Of a DNA stretch of 64,000 nt, positions 51,303 through 64,000 are shown piece by piece; the stretch's first letter is position 1, and the number at the start of each line of letters is the position of its first letter. The translations under genes were made by a program, and so were the position numbers. The notes under the pieces were generated by a model. That model made no database searches and was not told the origin of the DNA. It saw only the letters and a list, made by a program, of their open reading frames with translations. Source of the stretch: Eledone cirrhosa (lineage: Eukaryota); NCBI GenBank assembly GCA_964016885.1, contig CAXHJY010000119.1:5378-69377 (forward strand), read 5' to 3'.

Positions 51303-51355
<53 letters not shown>

Positions 51356-51915
51356 GTATATATATATGTATATATATATGTATATGTATATGTATATGTA
51401 TATATATATGTGTATATATATATGTATATATGTATATATATATGTATATATGTATATATATATGTATATATATGTATATATATGTATATATGTATGTATA
51501 TATATATATGTATATATATATGTATATATGTATATATATATGTATATATATGTATATATATGTATATATGTATGTATATATATATATGTATATATATGTA
51601 TATATGTATGTATATATATATATGTATGTATGTATATATATATATGTATATATATGTATATATGTATGTATATATATATATGTATATGTATATATATATG
51701 TGTATATGTATATGTGTATATGTATATGTATGTATATATATATATGTATATATATATGTATATATATGTATATATATGTATATATACATGTATATGTATA
51801 TATATATGTGTATATGTATATGTGTATATGTATATGTATATGTATATATATATGTGTATATATATATGTATATATGTATATGTATGTATATATGTATATA
51901 TATATATATATGTAT

Positions 51916-51951
<36 letters not shown>

Positions 51952-52276
51952 GTGTATATATATATTTATATATATGTGTGTATATATATGTGTATATATA
52001 TGTGTATATATATATGTATATATGTGTATATATATATATGTATATATGTGTGTATATATATATATGTATATAGATGTGTGTATATATATATGTATATATA
52101 TGTGTATATATATGTGTATATATATATGTATATATATGTATGTATATATATGTGTATATATATATATATGTATATATATGTGTATATGTATATGTGTATA
52201 TGTATATATGTGTATATATATATATGTATATATGTGTATATGTATATATGTGTATATATATATATGTATATATATG

Positions 52277-52307
<31 letters not shown>

Positions 52308-52332
52308 GTATATATATGTGTATATATATGTG

Positions 52333-52368
<36 letters not shown>

Positions 52369-52606
52369 TGTGTATACATATATCTGTATATATATATGTA
52401 TATATATAAATATGTGTATATATATATGTATATGTATAAATATGTGTATATATATATGTATATGTATAAATATGTATATATATATATGTATATATATAAA
52501 TATGTATATATATATATGTATATATATAAATATGTATATATAAATATGTATATATAAATATGTATATATATATATGTATGTATATATATATGTGTATATA
52601 TATATG

Positions 52607-52638
<32 letters not shown>

Positions 52639-52770
52639 TATATGTGTATATATATATATGTGTATATATATATATGTGTATATATATATATATGTGTATA
52701 TATATATATATGTGTATATATATATATATGTATATATATAAATATGTATATGTATATGTATATATATATA
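51216..52770. repeat. (TA)n/(TATG)n tract
   Basis: Directly visible. Confidence 0.96.
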
Positions 52771-53993
52771 TGGTAGAACTAGAGAATAAATTCCAAACTT
52801 GGAAGCAGGGACTAGAAAGAAAGGGTCTCAAAGTCAACATGACAAAGACTAAGGTCCTTGTAAGTAGATGAGAAAACAGAACCCAGATCCCCTCAGGGAA
52901 ATGGCCTTGCTCAGTATGTAGGAAAGGTGTAGGTAGGAACTCCATTCTCAGCCCCAAATGCAAACAATGGGTACACAAGAGATGTAGCGGGATCTCAGGA
53001 AGCTTAATTAAGAATGTAGGCTTTACATGCAGCAGCTGTGCTGGGACAGCAGGCAGCAAACAGCCACAGGAAACAAGTACCACCAATCTCTGGGAGGGCT
53101 CTGTAGAAACAGTAGACAGCTTCTGCTACCTAGTGACCGAATTAGCAGCCGAGGTGGGTGTTCAGAAAGTACAATAACTAGGTAAGAACGGGATGGAAGA
53201 AGTTTAGGGAACTACTACCACTGCTAGCTGCAAAAGGCTTCTCCCTTAGAATGAAAGGCAGACTGTATGATGCGTGTATCCGAACAGCAATGTTGCATGG
53301 CAGTGAGACCTGGGCGCTGAAGGTGGAAGACTTAAGTAGATTACAGAGAAACGAAGCCTGCATGCTCCGATGGATGTGTAACTAATATACGTGAACGACA
53401 AAGCATAAATGAATTGAGAGAGAGACTGAGCATAAGAGGAATCAAATGCTGTGTGCAGGAGAGGCAGTTGTGCTGGTATGGACATGTGATGCGTATGAAG
53501 GATGACAGCTGCATAAAAAGGTGCAGGGCACTATAAGTTGGCGGAAACCGCGGAGTTGGGAGACCCAAGATGACCTGGGATGAGGTGATAAAAGCCGACC
53601 TTACCCAATTACACCTCTCGAAGGCAATGAGTCACGACCGTGACTTCTGGCGTCACGCAGTAATACAGAGTACCCAACCTCCCATGGGTACAGGCTGAAG
53701 CATATAGACAATATGCCCCCACACCCCCCACCGCAAGGTGGTCGTGTAGGTGCCACGGCAAAAAAAGCACCCAGCCCACACTGTAAAGTGGACGTGTAGG
53801 CGCCACGAAAAAGCACCCAGCACTCACTGTAAATGAGGTTGGTGTTAGGAAGGGCATCCAGCTGTAGACATCAAGTCAAATCAGTTCCTATATGAGCAAG
53901 GCATGGTCAGCCGACCAGACACTGCCCACAACAGGACAACCCGTCTAACCCATCCTAGCGTGGAAGAACGGACGTAAAACAGTGATGATGATG
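52771..53993 (+). mobile_element. 5'-truncated RTE LINE
   Basis: [41 protein letters not shown]; (GAT)n tail. Confidence 0.92.
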
Positions 53994-54057
53994 TATATGT
54001 ATATATATATATGTATATATGTATATATATGTATATATGTATATATATGTATGTATG

Positions 54058-54088
<31 letters not shown>

Positions 54089-55330
54089 GTGCTAAAACTA
54101 AAGTTCTAGTTTGTAGGAAAGAAAATAAGGCGCCGGTCCCTTCTTGGAAATGGCCATGCTCAGTGTGTAGGAAAGGCGTAGGTAGAAACTCCATTTTATG
54201 TCCCAAATGCAAGGTATGGGTACATAAAAGATGTAGTGGGATCACAGGTAAGCTAACTAAGAACATAGATTTTACATGTGGCCGGTGCTCTGGTGCAACA
54301 AGTAGCAGCATGTGCCCACAAAATACTAGCTCTTTCAATTGCGCAGAGGGGTCTATAGAAATAGTGGACAGCTTCCGTTACCTGGGTGACAAAGTCAGCA
54401 GTGGGGGAGGGTGCTCTGAAAGTACAGTAGCTAGAGTCAGAACTGGATGGAAAAAGTTCAGAGAGCTTATACCACTATTAGCCTCTAAAGAGTTCTCCCT
54501 AAAAATGAAAGGCAGGCTGTATGATGCCCGCATACGAACAGCAATGTTGCATGGCAGTGAGACCTGGGCATTGTGTGCAGAGGATATATGCAGACTAGAG
54601 AGGAACGAAGCTTGCATACTCCGCTGGATGTGTAATAGTAATATACGCGAACGGCAAAGCATAAACGAACTAAGGGAAAGATTAGAAATAAGAGGGATCA
54701 GATGTTGTTTACTCGAGAGAAGGCTACGTTGGTATGGTCACGTAATGCGCATGAAAGACGACAGCTGTATAAAAAAGTGCAGGGCAATAAAGATGGACGG
54801 TAGCTGCGGAGTAGGCAGACCCAGAAAAACCTGGGACGACCTGATAAACTCCGACCTCACACACTTACACCTCTCCAAGACAATGTCACTGGACGGAGAT
54901 CTTTGGCGCCACTCAGTAATAGAGAAGAAACGCCTTACCTAAATACAAAGTAAAACCTACTACAGTCAGTAGGCATCTCTAATAAAATACATCCCCGTCC
55001 CACCACCCCCACCCCATCCACACCGCCCCTTTCAATGTAAAGTTATGTTGGTGCCACAACATCCAGGCCGAAACAAATGAGATCGTGTAGGTTTCATGAC
55101 AAAAAACACACAGTCCACGCTGTAATGTGGCCGTGTAGGCAACACGGTAAAAACCTCTCAGTCCCACACTGTAAATGTGGTTGGTATTAGGAAGGGCATC
55201 AAGCTGTAGAAAACCCGCCAGACAGTCCTATGCGAGCAAGACAACCACTCTAGCCTCAAGTGGGAAAACTCCCGTCCAAACCCATGCAAGCGTGGAACAT
55301 GGACGTTGAACGATGATGATGATGATGATG
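54089..55330 (+). mobile_element. 5'-truncated RTE LINE with PHD-like Cys insert; open frame to 54942
   Basis: KWPCSVC..CPKC..HKRC..CGRC; FRYLG; MLHGSETW; RRLRWYGHV; GRPRKTW. Confidence 0.93.
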
Positions 55331-55352
55331 TATATATATGTAGTATATATAT

Positions 55353-55392
<40 letters not shown>

Positions 55393-55475
55393 GTATATAT
55401 ATATATGTATATATGTATATATATATATGTATATATGTATATATATATATGTATATATATATATGTATATATATG

Positions 55476-55530
<55 letters not shown>

Positions 55531-55531
55531 G

Positions 55532-55576
<45 letters not shown>

Positions 55577-55808
55577 GTATATATATATATGTATATATAT
55601 GTATATATATGTATATATATATATGTATATGTATATATGTGTATATATGTATATATATGTATATATATATATATGTATGTATATATATATGTATGTATAT
55701 ATATATGTATGTATATATATATGTATATATATGTATATATATATGTATGTATATGTATATGTATATATATATGTATATATATATATGTGTATATATATAT
55801 ATGTGTAT

Positions 55809-56392
55809 ACGACCCGACCATGAGTACAACCTGTCTCATGGTCGGGTCGTTGGCGACTAAACTGGCAGCCCCATCAAGGTTTCTTGGTGAGGAGGGTGAC
55901 TTTGGACATCCTGCAGGACTAAAAACAAAACCTGTCAAAGGGCAAAGGAGCTCTTAAGAGTCAATGGCCATCCAAAATCACCGGGAGAGATGACCCCTTA
56001 GCCTTTGTCAAGGCAGAATTCTAGGAGAAGGAAAACTCTGATATAACACCTGCAACCCTGATGGTATCCAATGATGTTGACTTGTTCTTCTTTTTGGTAA
56101 ATATCATCTTGGTTAAGAGAGTGGGACTGGCTTTGTGCAGTGCCTTTGCTCACTATAAAAGCTTCACGGCACAGGCATTGCTTTATATCTTGAGATCTCT
56201 CTTCACTTGTCGTCACATGGTACCATGGGTCCAGCACTATGTGTCAATAATTGTCACAAGTGTAGTGTTTATACCAGAGTTTTCAAGTCGCTGGCTGGAC
56301 TAAAAAGTCACACTCGTTTAGCGCATCGATAGGGGTTCTCCTACATGGATATAAAGTAGTGGCCGTACTCGAAAACGAGTTGGCAGCCACCA
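55809..56392 (+). mobile_element. ~580-bp non-autonomous bipartite RTE-derived element, copy 1
   Basis: RTE-5'UTR-like aggagaaggaaaactctga motif; C-terminal [12 protein letters not shown]; 3' stem-loop gccgtactcg-aaaa-cgagttggc. Confidence 0.65.
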
Positions 56393-56852
56393 TATATATA
56401 TGTATATATATATGTGTATATATATATGTATATATATATGTGTATATATATATGTATATATATGTATATATATATGTGTATATATATATGTATATATATA
56501 TGTGTATATATATGTATATATATATGTGTATATATATATGTATATATATATGTGTAGATATATATGTATATATATATGTATATATATATGTGTATATATA
56601 TATGTATATATATGTATATATATATGTGTATATATATATGTGTATATATATATATGTATATATATATGTGTATATATATATGTGTATATATATATATGTA
56701 TATATATATGTGTATATATATATGTGTATATATGTGTATATATATATATGTATATATATATGTATATATGTATATGTATATGTATATATATATATGTATA
56801 TGTATATATATATGTGTATATATGTATATATATATATATGTAAATATATATG

Positions 56853-56883
<31 letters not shown>

Positions 56884-57189
56884 GTATATGTATATATATA
56901 TATGTGTATATATATATGTATATATGTATATGTATATATATATGTGTATATATGTATATGTATATATATATGTAATATATATATGTATATATATGTATAT
57001 ATATATATGTATATATATGTATATATATGTATATATATATATGTATATATATATATATGCATATGTACATATATATATGTATATATATATATATATCTAT
57101 ATATATATGCATATGTACATATATATATGTATATATATATATATATATCTATATATATATGTATATATATATATGCATATGTACATATA

Positions 57190-57246
<57 letters not shown>

Positions 57247-57319
57247 GTATATATATATGTATATATATATGTATATATATATGTATATATATATGTGTAT
57301 ATATATGTATATATATATG

Positions 57320-57350
<31 letters not shown>

Positions 57351-57415
57351 GTATATGTATATATATATGTATATATATATGTATATATATATGTATGTAT
57401 ATATATATATGTATG

Positions 57416-57446
<31 letters not shown>

Positions 57447-57651
57447 GTATATATATATGTATATATATATGTATATATATATGTATATATATATGTATAT
57501 ATATATGTATATATATATGTATGTATATATATATGTATATATATATGTATGTATATATATATGTATATATATATGTATGTATGTATATGTATATATATAT
57601 GTGTATATATATGTATATATATATATATATGTATATATATGTATGTATATG

Positions 57652-57682
<31 letters not shown>

Positions 57683-57847
57683 GTATATATATATGTATAT
57701 GTATGTATGTATATGTATGTATATATATGTATATGTATATATATGTATATATATATATGTATATATAAGTATATTTATATGTATATATATATATGTATAT
57801 GTATATATATGTATATATATATATGTATATATAAGTATATTTATATG

Positions 57848-57878
<31 letters not shown>

Positions 57879-57927
57879 GTGTATATATATATGTATATAT
57901 ATATATATATATGTGTATATATATATG

Positions 57928-57960
<33 letters not shown>

Positions 57961-58207
57961 GTATATATATATGTATATATATATATATGTATGTATATGT
58001 ATATATATGTATATATATATGTATATATATTTATGTATATATATATGTATATATGTATATATATGTATATATATATGTATATATGTATATATATATATAT
58101 ATATGTATGTATACATATATATATATGTATATGTATATATATATGTATATGTATATGTATATATATATGTATATGTATATATGTATATATATAAGTATAT
58201 GTATATA

Positions 58208-58248
<41 letters not shown>

Positions 58249-58572
58249 ATGTATATGTATATATGTATATATATATGTATATATATATATGTATATGTAT
58301 ATATATATATGTATATGTATATATGTGTATATATGTATATATATATATATATGTATATGTATATATATGTATATATATATGTATATCTATATCTATATAT
58401 ATATGTATATATATACGTATATATATATGTATGTATATATATATGTATATATATATGTATATATATATATATGTATATATATATATGTATATATATATAT
58501 GTATATATATATGTATATATATATGTATATATATATGTATATATATATGTATATATATATATGCATATATAT
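56393..58572. repeat. (TA)n/(TATG)n tract
   Basis: Directly visible. Confidence 0.96.
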
Positions 58573-59132
58573 GACCCATGGTCGGGTCGTTGGCGACTAA
58601 ACTGGCAACCCCACCAAGGTTTCTTGGTGAGGAGGGTGACTTTGGACATCCTGCAGGACTAAAAACAAAACCTGTCAAAGGGCAAAGGAGCTCTTAAGAG
58701 TCAATGGCCATCCAAAATCACCGGGAGAGATGACCCCTTAGCCTTTGTCAAGGCAGAATTCTAGGAGAAGGAAAACTCTGATATAACACCTGCAACCCTG
58801 ATGGTATCCAATGATGTTGACTTGTTCTTCTTTTTGGTAAATATCATCTTGGTTAAGAGAGTGGGACTGGCTTTGTGCAGTGCCTTTGCTCACTATAAAA
58901 GCTTCATGGCACAGGCATTGCTTTATATCTGGAGATCTCTCTGCACTTGTCGTCACATGGTACCATGGGCCCAGAACTATGTGTCAGTAATTGTCACAAG
59001 TGTAGTGTTTGTACCAGAGTTTTCAAGTCGCTGGCTGGACTAAAAAGTCACACTCGTTCAGCGCATCGGTAGGGGTTCTCCTACATGGATATAAAGTAGT
59101 GGCCGTACTCGAAAACGAGTTGGCAGCCACCA
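58573..59132 (+). mobile_element. Bipartite RTE-derived element, copy 2 (direct repeat, offset 2740)
   Basis: Nearly identical to 55836-56392, about a dozen substitutions. Confidence 0.7.
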
Positions 59133-59483
59133 TATATATATGTATATGTATATCTATATGTATATATATATATGTATATATATATGTATATGTATATATA
59201 TGTATATGTATATGTATATATATATGTATATGTATATATATATGTATATATATATGTATATGTATATATATGTATATATGTATATGTATATATGTATATG
59301 TATATATATATATATGTGTATATATATATGTATATGTATATATATATATATGTATATGTATATATATATGTATATGTATATATATATATATGTATATGTA
59401 TATATATATGTATATATATATGTATATGTATATGTATATGTATATATATATATGTATATGTATATATATATATGTATATGTAT

Positions 59484-59515
<32 letters not shown>

Positions 59516-59702
59516 GTATATGTATATATATATATGTATATATATATGTATATATATATGTATATGTGTATATATATATGTATATATATATGTGTATATA
59601 TATATGTATATATATATGTATATATATATGTATATATATATATGCATATGTATATATATATGTATATATATATGTATATATATATATGCATATGTACATA
59701 TA

Positions 59703-59743
<41 letters not shown>

Positions 59744-59744
59744 G

Positions 59745-59779
<35 letters not shown>

Positions 59780-59926
59780 GTGTATATATATGTATATATA
59801 TATGTATATATATATGTATATATATATGTATGTATATATATGTATATATATATGTATATATATATGTATATATATATGGAGGCACATGGCTTAGTGGTTA
59901 GAGTATATATATATGTATATATATAA

Positions 59927-60070
59927 TGGAGGCACATGGCTTAGTGGTTAGAGCATTGGCCTTGCAATCGAAAGGTTGTGAGTTCAATTCTCAGACCGGG
60001 TGATGTGTTGTTTCCTTGAGCAAGGCACTTTATTTCACATTGCTCCAGTTTACTCAGCTGTAGAAATGAG
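59927..60070 (+). mobile_element. tRNA-derived SINE; head duplicated at 59877-59903
   Basis: tggcttagtggttagagc (A box), gagttcaattc (B box), ccttgagcaaggcactttatttcacattgctccag. Confidence 0.85.
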
Positions 60071-60094
60071 ATGATAGGGACTGGGGTCACTATC

Positions 60095-60267
60095 ATTCCA
60101 CTGCAAAGTGGTCGTGGAGGTGCCACGGCAAAAAAAAGCACCCAGCACTCACTGTAAATGAGGTTGGTGTTAGGAAGGGCATCCAGCTGTAGAAATCAAG
60201 CCAGAATCAGTTCCCGTCCCACCCTTGCAAGCAGGGAAAAGTGGACGTAAAATGAAATGATGATGAT
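60095..60267 (+). mobile_element. RTE 3' UTR/tail fragment
   Basis: Matches 53735-53890 and the RTE tail. Confidence 0.75.
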
Positions 60268-60318
60268 ATATGTATGTATATATATGTATATATATATGTA
60301 TATATATATGTATATATA

Positions 60319-61603
60319 TCATCATCATCATCAACGTTTAACGTCCGTGTTCCACGCTTGCATGGGTTTGGACGGGGGTAGTCCCACTTGAGGCAAGAGT
60401 GATTGTCTTGCTCGCATAGGACTGTCTGGCAGGTTTTCTACAGTTGGATGCCCTTCCTAACACCAACCACATTTACAGTGTGGGTCTGGGAGGTTTTTAC
60501 CGTGTTGCCTACACGGCCACATTACAGCGTGGACTGTGTGTTTTTTTGTCGTGACACCTACACGATCTCATTTGTTTCGGCCTGGATGGCGCGGCACCAA
60601 CATAACTTTACATAGAACGGGGTGGTGTGGATGGGGTGGGGGGTGGTGGTGGTGGGAAGGGGTGTATTTTGTTAGAGATGCCTACTGGCTGGAGTAGGTT
60701 TTACTATATATTTAGGTAAGGCGGGTCTTCTCTGTTACTGAGTACCGCCAAAGGTCTCGGTCCAGTGACATTGTCTTGGAGAGGTGTAATTGTGTGATGT
60801 CGGAGTTTATCAGCTCGTCCCAGGTTTTTCTAGATCTGCCTATTCCGTGACTACCGTCTATCTTTATTGCCCTGCACTTTGTTACACAGCTATCGACTTT
60901 CATGCGCATCACGTGTCCATACCAACGTAGCCTTCTCTCGAGTAAACAACATCTGATCCCTCTTATCTCTAATTTTTTCCTTAGTTCGTTTATGCTTTGC
61001 CGTTCACGTATATTACTGTTACACATCCAGCGGAGCATGCAAGCTTCGTTCCTCTCTAGTCTGCGTATATCCTCTGCACACAATGCCCAGGTCTCACTGC
61101 CATGCAGCATTGCTGTTCGTATGCAGGCATCGTACAACCTGCCTTTCATTTTTAGTGAGAACCCTTTAGCAGCTAATAGTGGTATAAGCTCTCTGAACTT
61201 TTTCCAACCAGTTCTGACTCTAGCTACAGTACTTTCAGAGCACCCTCCCCCACTGCTGATTTTATCGCCCAGGTAACGGAAGCTGTCCACTATTTCTATA
61301 GAACCCTCTGCGCAATTGAAAGAGCTAGTAGTTTGTGGGCACTTGCTGCTACTTATTGCACCAGAGCACCGGCCACATGTAAAATCTATGTTCTTAGTTA
61401 GCTTACCTGTGATCCCACTACATCTTTTATGCACCCATACTTTGCATTTAGGACATAAAATGGAGTTTCTACCTACGCCTTTCCTACACACCGAGCACGA
61501 CCATTTCCCAGAAGGGACCGCCGCCTTGTTTTCTTTCCTACAAACTAGTACTTTGGTCTTAGCCAGGTTAATTTTAAGTAATATTAGCCAGGTTAATTTT
61601 AAG
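60319..61603 (-). mobile_element. 5'-truncated RTE LINE, same subfamily as 54089-55330, inverted
   Basis: ORF 60712-61491 is nearly identical in protein; 5' junction has a tandem duplication ttagccaggttaattttaagta. Confidence 0.93.

Positions 61604-64000
<2,397 letters not shown>

Noticed and set aside
59927-60000. tRNA gene
   Set aside because: tRNA-like head continues into a SINE body seen elsewhere in the window; no complete acceptor stem

Overview
AT-rich, repeat-saturated eukaryotic DNA. It is probably an octopod cephalopod, inferred from the SINE and RTE families and the kilobase (TA)n/(TATG)n tracts. No intact host protein-coding gene is visible, and nearly all YIYI-type ORFs are microsatellite artefacts. 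Real content: Penelope-like elements (PLE; RT and GIY-YIG remnants), many RTE-clade LINE remnants, a CRE-like RLE fragment, an internally deleted Tc1/mariner-superfamily transposon, tRNA-derived SINEs, and a CpG-rich putative promoter zone at ~32-39 kb. The main signal is a set of type I hammerhead ribozymes (HHR), read by eye. (1) A 5.4-kb array of near-identical 422-nt non-coding units with one HHR each (12 in total), flipping orientation at ~26030; this is a candidate non-LTR retrozyme / circular-RNA element. (2) A 595-bp tandem unit whose HHR has a U3-A8 covariant core and a branched stem II. (3) A PLE with a ~3.6-kb 3' UTR whose HHR has a ~116-nt stem II; it forms a 3.1-kb-arm inverted repeat and, at a second locus, a 203-bp-arm perfect palindrome with the same end points. 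(4) Several further PLE-linked or degenerate HHRs. Activity and expression cannot be shown from sequence alone.
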